Of a stretch of 64,000 nucleotides of DNA, positions 1-9,610 are shown in pieces. Below the pieces are notes generated by a model. It was not told the origin of the DNA and did not search any database. It was given only the letters and a program-made list of their open reading frames with translations. The stretch's first letter is position 1. Each line of letters starts with the position of its first letter. The stretch covers positions 1-64,000 of the forward strand of contig JBBRUX010000015.1 in the NCBI GenBank assembly GCA_038247415.1, written 5' to 3'. The translations under genes and the position numbers were made by a program. Origin of the DNA: Chitinivibrionales bacterium (lineage in GTDB: Bacteria > Fibrobacterota > Chitinivibrionia > Chitinivibrionales > WJKA01).

Positions 1-248
1 ACGCTGCAGTGCCTGCTCTTGTAGTTGCGGCAGTAACCGTGACACGATATCTCCCCGGGCTGAAAACCGGAAAGACCAATCAAGAGTCGTGCCGATACGG
101 CGGATTGCCGCTGATGACCAGTATGGGCACTTGGGGTCGACTAACTATTTAGCTAAATAATTGCCTGCACATGATTGGCCTCCTTTTAAGGTTTTTGCTC
201 GAGCCAGGAGAGCTTATCTGAAAAATATACAGGCAAGAATGATAAAAT

Positions 249-938
249 ATGCTGAGACTTTTTCATTGTGAAGGAGACCACCTTGGCATTATGATGTTTG
301 GCTCGAACTTGCAGGACGGCACGAATTGGTTCGTCAATCTGGCCACCAATCTTGTCGGCGTGCCAAGTGGCGGAATGGACTTCATAGCACCGCGTTGGAG
401 CAACCACGTGCAGTACTTCACCGCCGCCTATCCCATGGGCGATAATTATGAATCGTATATGGAAGATCAAGCCGGCGCCATGCCCTGGGGACAGAGTGCA
501 ACGTGGGTGCAAACGCAGCTTGACATGCTCAAGATGCCGAAAGTCTTCATCGGCAAATTTTCCGCGGATTTCAGGACACAGGAAAAATCGATGCTGATAG
601 CCTCGGATCCCCGTTACGTACAGACCGGTGGCGACGCGTGGATTTGCAGCGGAACCACATACGGCAACCAGTGCGGTGGCACGAGCATGTCGCCGGCGAT
701 CCGGAGAGACGACCAGCTCCGGGGATTGTCGATCGTGCAAAGCGGTGCCTTCGTGAACATTGAATCGAATGGCAAAGCCACGGTCCGTATAACCGATGCC
801 CGGGGAAAGCTGGTGCGTCAGGTGACCGGCAGCGGATCGATCGCCGTTGACACCCGCGATCTGGCCACCGGCGCCTACATCGTTTCTGCACGTCAGCAAG
901 GTAGTCGGTTGACAAAGCAAGTGACGATTGCCCGGTAA
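249..938 (+). pseudogene. 5'-truncated paralog (C-terminal half) of the secreted protein at 1376-2829, retaining a T9SS/Por-type C-terminal sorting domain
   Basis: Aligns with 2125-2829 (FHCEGDH/YHCQGDH, MDFIAPRWSNH/MDFEAPRWTNH, FIGKFSADF). No signal peptide. Similarity begins abruptly at ~255 after AT-rich DNA. C-terminus ITDARGKLVR...LATGAYIV...TKQVTIAR. Confidence 0.7.
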
Positions 939-1375
939 TACCGGATAACCGTCGCTTGGCATATATAAATTTGGCAGCCATTTCCCATTACTTTATGAGC
1001 GCATGGGACAGGCAGAAATGGCTATGAAATTGCAAAACATTTTTCAAGAGATATCGAATCCGTCCTCCCTCTCGTTGGAGCCGGTTGTCTGGTGAACAGA
1101 TAACCAATTACCATCAGGATTCGGGAATCTGCGCGAATACCTGCCAATTGTTTGTTTATCCTGCTATATATATGGCCGTCGCATGACAATTAAGCTACGC
1201 CATAACTACTTGAAAAGCCTTTTAATTATATGATTCGTTGTTGTTATATCATTTTATAGATTACAGTAAATTATCGCTGCATATTTAAAGGTGACTTTCT
1301 TTTTAAATTAGTAACTAATGCATCGTTGCTTTTCGCATAATGTAAAGTAACGCTTTTTCATAGGAGCAATGTTAT

Positions 1376-2829
1376 ATGAATCGCCATGCTGCTCTTCTGA
1401 GTTTTGCTGTCGCACTCTTGTTCCAGAGCCTCTTCGCCTCTGCCAAAACAGATTCGATCGTCACCTTTCTCGGCGGCGCGAATGCCAAGTTTGTGTGGCA
1501 GCGCTGGGCATGGTGCAACGAGGACTACACGCCCAAGACTCAGGCGGCAGCGGCCACTGAGGGCAGGTCCCTCATGCTTTTGGATACGCGCACCGGCACA
1601 GAGCGTACCCTCGTCACGGGTTTGACCAAATGCCACACCATCCGCATCTCGCGCTCGGGAAAGTGGGTCACCTACATCGAGGGAACCACTACGTACATCA
1701 TTGATCTGACCTCGGCTTCCCCCGTCATAAACGTCCTCATGGCCAAATCCGATATGGCCAAATTCGATTGCTCCTACTGGGCCGTCAACGCCATGTGGGT
1801 CGATCCCGCCAATGGCGATGAGTATCTCTACTGTCTTGACAATGCCAAGTACCCCTCGAGCACGAGCGGCAACGGCATTTATAAAGTCAGGCTCACCGCC
1901 AATGGGACAGCCGATCGCAGCACCGCGACCAAGCTGACCATCAACAGCAGCTCAAGTGTTGACGAGTCATTCAGCGTCTCCGCCGATGGGAAAAAGCTGG
2001 GGGGAGCCTTTCCCTGGCCCAATACGTACATTCTCGACATTCCGACCGGCAGGCTCGACTCACGACATTATTGGGATGAGTCTTTCGGCTGCCAGGCCAA
2101 CATAGCGCCCGACAACAGCTATCGCTTCTATCATTGCCAGGGTGATCACCAAGGCGTTTACATGTTCGATGCGAACATGGTGAACACGGTTTGGTTCCTC
2201 AATCTCAGTATCAATCTGGCCGGCGTGCCGAATCCGAATAATGCATTAGCCATGGACTTCGAAGCGCCGCGTTGGACCAACCACCTGCAGTACTACTCCG
2301 CCGTATGCCCCATGGGCGACAATAACGAGGGCTACTGCACGGGTATGGGATGCTATATGGAGGACACGGTTCACTGTGGGGCAAATCCGCCTCCTGGGTG
2401 CAAACCCAGATTAACATGCTCAAAGTGCCCAAATTTTTCATAGGAAAATTCTCCGCGGATTTCAAGACTCAGGAGAAGTCGATCCAGATTGGTTCTGACC
2501 AGCGTTACATGCAATACGGCGGCGATGCGTGGATCTGCAACGGGACGACGTACGGAGACCAGTGCGGCGGCTCGACGAGCACGGTGCTGGCGATCCGGGG
2601 CGACCGCCTCCGGGGATTGTCGGTCGTGCAAATCGGCGCCTTCGTGAACATCGACGCTGATGGCAAATCCACGATCCGTATCACCGATGCGCAGGGACGA
2701 CTGGTGCGTCAGGTGACAGGCAGCGGATCGATCGCCGTCGATACCCGCGATCTGGCCATCGGCGCCTATATCGTCTCCGCATGTCACCATAGCGATCGGT
2801 TGACAAAGACAGTGACGATTGTCAAGTAG
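1376..2829 (+). pseudogene. Secreted protein (signal peptide, probable TolB-like beta-propeller, T9SS-type CTD) split by a 1-nt frameshift at ~2365
   Basis: ORFs 1376-2443 and 2350-2829 join into one protein by comparison with the paralog: YMED then HGSLWGKSASWVQTQ in another frame. RBS AGGAG precedes the ATG. Sec signal MNRHAALLSFAVALLFQSLFASA. Confidence 0.7.
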
Positions 2830-3154
2830 TCCGCGGGAACCGGAGTGAGCCGCGCCGATCGGCTCGACACCGTGACGGCCGTGGTGCGTGACTTCCTCTT
2901 TCAGTTGGCAAACGCACCGTCGGCCGTTTCGCGATTCCGTTTAGCGAGCGAGCCAGGTGTTGACATGAGGGGCAGGTCGTCCGATCCTGCCGGCCCGGGT
3001 TTTTTCGACTGCGCCGGCCGCCGCGCCGGGAGCAGACGTCGGCTCGCGGCCGGCAATTGACTGATTGACGGGCGATTAAGGAAGGCCGCCGATGCTGTCA
3101 ATCTCACGAGAGCAACGAGCATCCCCTCCCGCAATGAACCTGCTCGATTCCGCA

Positions 3155-4066
3155 TCAAACCGACCGAACGCGCGTCCGGTACTGCATTGGCGTGCAGCCG
3201 ATAGACCTCTTGAACGCCTGCGCGAAGTACCCCGCGTTTCCGAACCCGGTTCCGCGCGCGACAACCGCGACCCGGTAACCCCGGGCCAGCAGACCGCACG
3301 CCTGAACCATTCTTCGCTCCTGGACATACGCGTGCATGGAGAGCCCTGTTTCCTTTTTGAAAAGGCGGTTCAGGTAGTCTGGGTTGAGTTGATGGTTCTC
3401 GGCGATCTGTTCAATAGTCAGTTGACTAACCTGAAGCGGGTTATCGATATGGTGGTCGATATACTCTTTCACGCGGTCCACAAGAGACGCCGAAGAGGAG
3501 GTCGGTCCGGATTCTTTGTAGTAAAGAAAGTCGGCCGAGAGCGCCGACAGGAACGAGGCGACGAGACCGTCCTTTTCGCGGCGGAAACAGACGCGATTCT
3601 CGCAGAGCACGTAGCCCAAATTTTGCAGCGCCGCCCATCGCCTGGGTTGCATCACCGCCGGCACCACCAGCATGCGCACGTCGGGCGTTCCTTCGCCATA
3701 TATGTGCCGCGGTTGCGCTAGCGTAGTGCGTAGTTCGTCGGCGATCCGCTCATCGGCGCTCCTCTCCATTGCTGCGTCGAAGTGAAACCAGACATACCTG
3801 GTTGGTCCCGTTGATGTCCGGTATCCTTTCTGCACCGTGCCCTTCGGGTGTACGAGCACCGTTCCCCTCGATGCGGCGGTCTGCCGTCCGTCCGCCTCTA
3901 TGTAAAGCGTACCCTCTTCGACCAGGAACACTTCGGAGTTGGCAATCGGGCCGCGATTGATATGGCGGTGCCCGTGGTTTTCGCGAAAAAAACCACCGAC
4001 ATCGAAGCGGATCGGCCTGACGAGGCTGACGGTGTAAAGTGGCTCTTCGGATAGTCGCTTTTTCAT
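3155..4066 (-). CDS. AraC/XylS-family transcriptional regulator (N-terminal cupin-like sensor plus double HTH)
   Basis: IEQIAENHQLNPDYLNRLFKKETG and VARGTGFGNAGYFAQAFKRSIGCTPMQYR signature. Confidence 0.93.
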   Translation of the reverse strand: MKKRLSEEPLYTVSLVRPIRFDVGGFFRENHGHRHINRGPIANSEVFLVEEGTLYIEADGRQTAASRGTVLVHPKGTVQKGYRTSTGPTRYVWFHFDAAMERSADERIADELRTTLAQPRHIYGEGTPDVRMLVVPAVMQPRRWAALQNLGYVLCENRVCFRREKDGLVASFLSALSADFLYYKESGPTSSSASLVDRVKEYIDHHIDNPLQVSQLTIEQIAENHQLNPDYLNRLFKKETGLSMHAYVQERRMVQACGLLARGYRVAVVARGTGFGNAGYFAQAFKRSIGCTPMQYRTRVRSV

Positions 4067-4337
4067 AGGTTTTGTCGGGAAAGTGATAGCATCGCATCAG
4101 CCTCAAGTATAATATATTATCTGTGATGTTCGACCCGCGGTACAAAGGCGCCGTGCCGCGGGAAAATACGCTTAACCACGAAGGGAAGACCCATGTTAGT
4201 TCTTAAATTAAATTACATCAAGCGGACATTTTGCCTGAATCATACCGCCCGATCTCCGGTGTGAATGTTGGGCATTACTACAAATAAGTGGCTCTCTATT
4301 TAACGTATTCCTACATATTTTTAAATGAGGAGGGTTT

Positions 4338-5384
4338 ATGCGTTCTGCACGTATCGTTTCGGCTTCTTTGGGGTTAAGCATGATGATTGCAGGTCTTTTT
4401 GCAGGTGCACAAGCAGCGTGGATTCAGGATTCTATCGGAATTATCGGTTATTCGGTCACGCTTCCTCCAAATTACACACCCACTAAGAAATATCCCTTGT
4501 TTTTTTATCTCCATTCGGCAGGAACCAGTGCCACAGCAGATGGCTCGTGGCCCCATAATAATGAAAATGAGGGAGATGTAGCAATTTTGGCTTCAGGCGC
4601 AAATCAGGCAACGTATCCGTGTATTGTGTATGCCCCACAAGCACCCAAGTATAGCGCAGGTAACCATTGGGTAAATCTTCCTGGGAGTACTCCTGCAGAT
4701 CCCAATTGGGATACTGGATCATATTCTGTTGAAACAACCCCGCAAAGCACTTGTTTACGTGATGCACTTAAAGGCTTAGATTCAATGATTGCACGATACT
4801 CGGTTGATACAACGAGAATGTATATAGGTGGTGGTTCAATGGGTGGGTATGGAACCTACGATGTGCTCTGTAGGGGTAATTATACCCGGTTTGCATGTGC
4901 GCTTCCTGTTTCTGGAGGTGGTGATACCAGTAAGGCAAAATTATTTAAAGATTTGCCTTTATGGGCGTTTGCCGATAGTAGCGACAATATCATCCCGTTT
5001 AAATTTCAGGCGCAAATGGTCAAAGCGCTCCACAATGCTGGAGGGACTCCTAAGGTTGGTTTTTACTCAGATGCGTTTATAGAGGCTGCAAAAAACTATG
5101 GTGCTAAAATGGGTGGCCATATTTGGAATATACCTTTCACAATAGATTCACAGATTATGCCGTGGATATTTGCTCAAAAGAAAGCAGGAACTTCAATCGA
5201 GGTGCCAAAAAATGCTCAAGTAATTAAGCTCACAATTCATCAGGCTCGGTCTCTTGTCACGCTTGGATCTTTTGGAGCCACTGCAGTTGGTGTTCGCTTA
5301 GAGCAAGAACGAGCGGGAATAGTCAGAGCATTCGATTTGCAAGGGCGCCCTTTGGCCGCTCAAAGAATTTACAGTAAGAATTAA
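4338..5384 (+). CDS. Secreted alpha/beta-hydrolase (COG4099-type predicted peptidase/esterase) with a short CTD-like tail
   Basis: Signal peptide; KKYPLFFYLHSAG; nucleophile elbow GGSMGG; DTTRMYIGG; C-terminal RAFDLQGR; RBS GAGGAGG. Confidence 0.8.
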   Translation: MRSARIVSASLGLSMMIAGLFAGAQAAWIQDSIGIIGYSVTLPPNYTPTKKYPLFFYLHSAGTSATADGSWPHNNENEGDVAILASGANQATYPCIVYAPQAPKYSAGNHWVNLPGSTPADPNWDTGSYSVETTPQSTCLRDALKGLDSMIARYSVDTTRMYIGGGSMGGYGTYDVLCRGNYTRFACALPVSGGGDTSKAKLFKDLPLWAFADSSDNIIPFKFQAQMVKALHNAGGTPKVGFYSDAFIEAAKNYGAKMGGHIWNIPFTIDSQIMPWIFAQKKAGTSIEVPKNAQVIKLTIHQARSLVTLGSFGATAVGVRLEQERAGIVRAFDLQGRPLAAQRIYSKN

Positions 5385-5414
5385 AAAAAGTTTGTGGCTC
5401 TGTGGTTTGCATGT

Positions 5415-5443
5415 AAGCCTCTTCGTCAATAAGAGGCTTTTTT
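5415..5443 (+). terminator. Rho-independent terminator
   Basis: AAGCCTCTT-cgtcaat-AAGAGGCTT followed by a T-run, 30 nt after the stop at 5384. Confidence 0.8.
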
Positions 5444-6036
5444 ATTGGATTTGCAATGATACTGCTGTATTGTTTTAAAACTAGACTCGCACAGTAATAA
5501 ATCTGCTCACTATGAGAAAATATCTGGATAATGTTGGCAGCTCCAGAATTCTAAATGAAAACAGCCAAACCCCACGCACCGCTTCTTCTTGACCTTGACG
5601 CCCAAGCAAAATTGTGCTCCGAACAACACCCTCAAAAAAAAGGCCCACACGTCTGGGCGGCATAATATTTTGTCCAAAGAAAGATTGAGTAATGAGGCAA
5701 TCATGGGGATTTTTAGGGTAGGGAAGGGTTGAGATAAGAATGGTATATACGTGGAAGAGTCTGATATGAGCACTTTTTTGGGGGAAAGGCCGGAGTGTCG
5801 TATGGATTGTTGCACACCATGTGCCCGGCCCGAAAATAGGAAGCTGTGCGCCGAAGAAATACAACAAAAAAATGCAAAAGGAGATACTAAACAAATGAAG
5901 AAAAGAGGAATGAAAATACCAACTGACTATCAAACTTGGATAACAGAGATAGCCAAAGCGTATCAAGAAGCAAAGGAGACTATTCCGTATGGTGCCTCAA
6001 TTGGTGAAAAAAATAACAAAAAAAGAATTGTTTCCG

Positions 6037-6675
6037 ATGCGCAGCAAATTTTACGCCTCTCTTACAATTTTGTCAACTCTCTTATTATTACTCTCGTGCG
6101 ATGATTCCCCATTAGACCAAACCCTATCCGATTACCAGCTCCGCAATGGGGATATTCTTTTCCAATGCTTGGAAAATCTGCCCCTTGTTGACATGATCAA
6201 AGGCCTGACCCACTCCCCGTATGCCCATTGCGGCATTGTGGAACAAAAAGGATCAGTTTGGTATGTGATTGAGCCATTCCCAAAAGTTAAAGAGACCCGC
6301 CTTGCTAAATTTATCGGACGCGGCGCCGGTAAAACGGTCGATGCATACAGGCTTAAAGATGAATATCAGGGGGAAATACCGCAACTGCTGGATACGGTAA
6401 GAACTTTTTTTGGGCGGTCCTATGATTTTCAGTTTGAATTGGATGATAAGAAGGTTTATTGTTCCGAACTTATTTACACATGCTTTAAAAAAGTATATCA
6501 GGATACGCTGGGTCAATTGAAAGCATTAGGCGACATGGATTGGCAGCCTTATAAAGGCACTATCAAATTTCTCGCACAGGGGAAAATCCCCAAAGATCGA
6601 TTGATTATCTCGCCGTATGGGCTGTCATGTGCGTCGCAGTTGGATCTTGTTTACAAGGGGATTAAAATCAAATAG
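6037..6675 (+). CDS. YiiX/YebB-like permuted papain-like (NlpC/P60) amidase lipoprotein
   Basis: Lipobox LLLLSC; LRNGDILFQ, SPYAHCGIV (His), YDFQF..KVYCSELIY (Cys after His, the permuted order). Start moved to ATG 6037. Confidence 0.85.
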   Translation: MRSKFYASLTILSTLLLLLSCDDSPLDQTLSDYQLRNGDILFQCLENLPLVDMIKGLTHSPYAHCGIVEQKGSVWYVIEPFPKVKETRLAKFIGRGAGKTVDAYRLKDEYQGEIPQLLDTVRTFFGRSYDFQFELDDKKVYCSELIYTCFKKVYQDTLGQLKALGDMDWQPYKGTIKFLAQGKIPKDRLIISPYGLSCASQLDLVYKGIKIK

Positions 6676-6875
6676 GTAGCACTGTTGAGGTCTTTTCAGG
6701 GCCACACTTCATATTCTGCTTCTGCATTCTGGCGAACCTCGCCATACAAGTCTTAATTTGCTCCTCCTTCGCCTGTGCGTATATAAGTGCGTAGACGTCC
6801 ATTTTCTTTTTCCTTGAATTATCTATCTGAAATGGCCTAATTTAATTTATAATAGATGGGAAAAGGAGGTTTTCT

Positions 6876-7106
6876 ATGCTTGAAAATGAATTTCTTTATT
6901 ACGTCAAACATCAAAATGAGATTGTCTCAAAATATCAAGGTAAGTTTTTGGTTATCAAAGATCAATTAGTCATTAATGCATTTGAGTCTGAAATTGATGC
7001 TGTCATTGAAACATCCAAAAGATTTGACCTTGGAACCTTTTTGGTATAAAAATGCGAACCTGGAAAAGAAAATTACACTGCTATTTTTCACTCTCGAGTT
7101 GCTTAG
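6876..7106 (+). pseudogene. DUF5678-like small protein with an internal nonsense codon
   Basis: Not in the ORF track. RBS AGGAGG at 6864-6869. Reads MLENEFLYYVKHQNEIVSKYQGKFLVIKDQ...GTFLV*KCEPGKENYTAIFHSRVA*. TAA at 7047-7049 sits where homologues I recall carry Gln. Confidence 0.65.
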
Positions 7107-7262
7107 CATCTTATAAATCAAGGTGATTTTGCGATTTCAAAGTATCAAATGAAAACAGCTTTCACGTTCCGAATGCCTTCAATAGATCGAATCGATTTTT
7201 CTTTCAAGGATCCCGATCAAACAGTATTTTATTCCTATAAACCTGCCCCACCCCGTTTTTAA
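7107..7262 (+). pseudogene. C-terminal remnant of a retropepsin-like aspartyl protease
   Basis: Reads LINQGDFAISKYQMKTAFTFRMPSIDRIDF, resembling the ..GDFAVT..KTTFSFRxPS..IDF tail of that family. No start codon or catalytic DTG region remains. Confidence 0.5.
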
Positions 7263-7277
7263 TGAAAGTTTTGTAGC

Positions 7278-8114
7278 GTGTTTACTATTCACCAAGCCCT
7301 TGATACAATAGCCCGGGATCTTGCGAGCGTTGCGGGTGAGTGTGCGTCATTTGAGGCTCAAACAATTCTCATGCACTATCTCGGGTCAACACGAACTGCC
7401 TTATTTATTAATGATTCACATGCGCTTGCGGATGTGCAGTTAGATGCAGTCCTTGCCGCTGTTGCAAAACGGCACACTGGAATGCCTTTGGCATATGTCT
7501 TGGGTGTTGCGCATTTTTATGGGCGCACAATTAAAGTAACTCCCGATGTTCTTATCCCTCGTCCTGAGACCGAAGAACTCGTAAGCTATGTGATAAGTCA
7601 AGAAAAAAAAGATCCGGCGCTGTTTCTCGATCTGTGCACTGGTAGCGGGGCTATTGCCGCAACAGTATGTGAAGAGCGCCCCCAATGGCAGGGTATTGGG
7701 CTTGACATTTCAGAAGAGGCTCTTGCTGTTGCTAAAAAAAATTGTAATCAGAATGTGATGCTTGTGCAGGCCGATTTTCTTGCTGCTTGCGCGCCCCGCT
7801 GCTCTTTTGATTTTATCGTGTGCAATCCGCCTTATATAACAAAAAAAGAATATGCTGATCTTGATAGGCAAGTCCGGGATTTCGAACCGCAACAAGCGCT
7901 TGTTGGTGGTGATGATGGTTTGTTTTTTTATCGGCTTTTAGCACAACAGGCCTGCACACTCTTAAAGCCAGGCGGAAGAGTATATTGTGAAATAGGCGCC
8001 AATCAGAAAAAATCGGTAGAAGCATTGTTTGACATAAAAGAATTTACTACGATAAAAACGACCAGAGACATGAGTGGGCACGAGAGAATTTTTTATGCTA
8101 AGGCTTTTTTGTGA
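7278..8114 (+). CDS. prmC: Release factor glutamine methyltransferase PrmC/HemK
   Basis: VLIPRPETEELV, LDLCTGSGAI, NPPY motif. Confidence 0.95.
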   Translation: MFTIHQALDTIARDLASVAGECASFEAQTILMHYLGSTRTALFINDSHALADVQLDAVLAAVAKRHTGMPLAYVLGVAHFYGRTIKVTPDVLIPRPETEELVSYVISQEKKDPALFLDLCTGSGAIAATVCEERPQWQGIGLDISEEALAVAKKNCNQNVMLVQADFLAACAPRCSFDFIVCNPPYITKKEYADLDRQVRDFEPQQALVGGDDGLFFYRLLAQQACTLLKPGGRVYCEIGANQKKSVEALFDIKEFTTIKTTRDMSGHERIFYAKAFL

Positions 8115-8155
8115 GAACTGCTTAATAGATGAGCTGATACAACATTAGGGTAATC

Positions 8156-9220
8156 ATGGAACCACTAGGATCAGGACTACTACCACGGCTGCTGTCTAAG
8201 TTTTATGGCTTTGCTGTGCAATCTCGTATTAGTAAATTTGCAAAAAATCCTTCGCGGGCGCATCGTCATGCATGGCCTGTGATAAGTGTTGGGGGAATTC
8301 ATGCCGGTGGAGTGGGAAAAACTCCCCTGGTAGGATATATCATAGAGCATTTACAAGCGCAGGGATATTGTGTTGCATTGCTGTCTCGAGGATATAAAAA
8401 ACCGCACAAGGGATCGTGTATTGTAAAGCCTGGGGATAATGCCACGTGGCACATAACTGGCGATGAGCCCACCATGCTTCGCAATCGCTATCCTGGTTTG
8501 TGGCTGGGAATTGGAGCCAATCGATCGGCACTGGCACAACAGTTGGATACTATGCTTCCTTCAAAGAGCGTATATCTGCTTGATGATGGCTTTTCGCATC
8601 AAAAAATGCAGAGGGATGTAAATATTGTGTGCGTACCTGCACAGGTTTCTAAAACTGATATCCTTCTGCCTGCGGGATATTTGCGCGAGCCCTTTTCTGC
8701 ATTGCAACGCGCGACGGTAATTTGTGTAATGGGATCGGCACTTGAGGAAGATGCAATTCTTGGCCGCTCTCGTGAAATTGCCCGAAATTTTCCTGGATCA
8801 AGTGTGTGTGGTTTTAAGGCTCTCCCTGGAGTTTGGGTAAATATGAACACTCTAGAATCCCGTCTAACACCCCTCTCACATGGTTCAATAGCTCTTTTAA
8901 CGGGAATTGCCAATCCCAAACGATTTGTAGATATGGTTGATCAGAGTGGGATTTCGTATGATAGCGTGCATTCATTTGATGACCATTGTGCTTTTAAAGA
9001 AGGCGACATTGCGGCCATTGTTTCATCGGGAACCACAACTATTCTAACCACCGAAAAAGATATGATACGACTTGCGCGGAGTGGAGTTGTAAAAGATCAG
9101 ACAATTTGGTATCTTACTATACAATTGACCCCGGTCAACGAATCGTCGTCCTCGGCATTCTTGTCGGTGCTCGACACAACACTTTCTGCAACCTTTTCTT
9201 CATCCGGAGGTTTTCGATGA
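8156..9220 (+). CDS. lpxK: Tetraacyldisaccharide 4'-kinase
   Basis: PVISVGGIHAGGVGKTP, LSRGY, GDEP, LDDGFSH, LLPAGYLREP, TTEKD. Confidence 0.93.
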   Translation: MEPLGSGLLPRLLSKFYGFAVQSRISKFAKNPSRAHRHAWPVISVGGIHAGGVGKTPLVGYIIEHLQAQGYCVALLSRGYKKPHKGSCIVKPGDNATWHITGDEPTMLRNRYPGLWLGIGANRSALAQQLDTMLPSKSVYLLDDGFSHQKMQRDVNIVCVPAQVSKTDILLPAGYLREPFSALQRATVICVMGSALEEDAILGRSREIARNFPGSSVCGFKALPGVWVNMNTLESRLTPLSHGSIALLTGIANPKRFVDMVDQSGISYDSVHSFDDHCAFKEGDIAAIVSSGTTTILTTEKDMIRLARSGVVKDQTIWYLTIQLTPVNESSSSAFLSVLDTTLSATFSSSGGFR

Positions 9221-9591
9221 AGCATCTGATAGCGTTTTCTTGTTTTGCACTTTTGCTTGTAGGTCGGTTGTGTCCAACGATGGCTCAGGATGGTCAGATG
9301 GTTCTGATCAAGCAGTCGTTTGTTAACGTGTATGAAGAACTTGATCCAAAATCTAAGGTTCTCATGACTGCCAATAAAGGCGCTAAACTTGAGCTTGTGT
9401 ATGCTGGTGTCTCCTGGCTCCAGGTTAAAGTAAAAGATAAAACTGGCTGGGTCGAACGGCAGGCTGTGGAAATTGTTGATGGCGGCTTTCATTTTCCAGT
9501 TGTTCCTGTTTTGGTACTTCTTCTACTAGCAGCAATCACGTTTGTTATTGTATACTTAAATATTAAGAAGCAAAAAGAAGAAGAGCTTTGA
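9217..9591 (+). CDS. Small exported SH3b-domain protein with a C-terminal membrane anchor
   Basis: ATGA overlap with the lpxK stop; signal peptide; VNVYEE...WLQVKVKDKTGWV; C-terminal TM then KKQKEEEL. Confidence 0.75.
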   Translation: MKHLIAFSCFALLLVGRLCPTMAQDGQMVLIKQSFVNVYEELDPKSKVLMTANKGAKLELVYAGVSWLQVKVKDKTGWVERQAVEIVDGGFHFPVVPVLVLLLLAAITFVIVYLNIKKQKEEEL

Positions 9592-9610
9592 ACTTTAACT
9601 AGGTAAAAAT

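Noticed and set aside
1..185. Minus-strand AAGGAGG plus ATG at 172, and the palindrome TATTTAGCTAAATA at 146-159
   Set aside because: The frame stops after 7 codons and no family is recognisable. The context is cut by the window edge.
249..2829. Diversity-generating retroelement template/variable repeat pair
   Set aside because: Differences are not adenine-specific, include indels and synonymous changes, and no reverse transcriptase is present in the window.
186..3721. Long antisense ORFs (186-962, 2371-2790, 3092-3721)
   Set aside because: Shadows of GC-rich genes on the opposite strand, with no motifs.
5481..5966. Minus-strand ORFs 5481-5966 and 5510-5815
   Set aside because: No recognisable domain; composition reflects the A-rich plus strand.
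6672..6802. Short minus-strand ORF starting MDVYALIYAQ
   Set aside because: About 44 codons with no recognisable similarity; cannot be supported.
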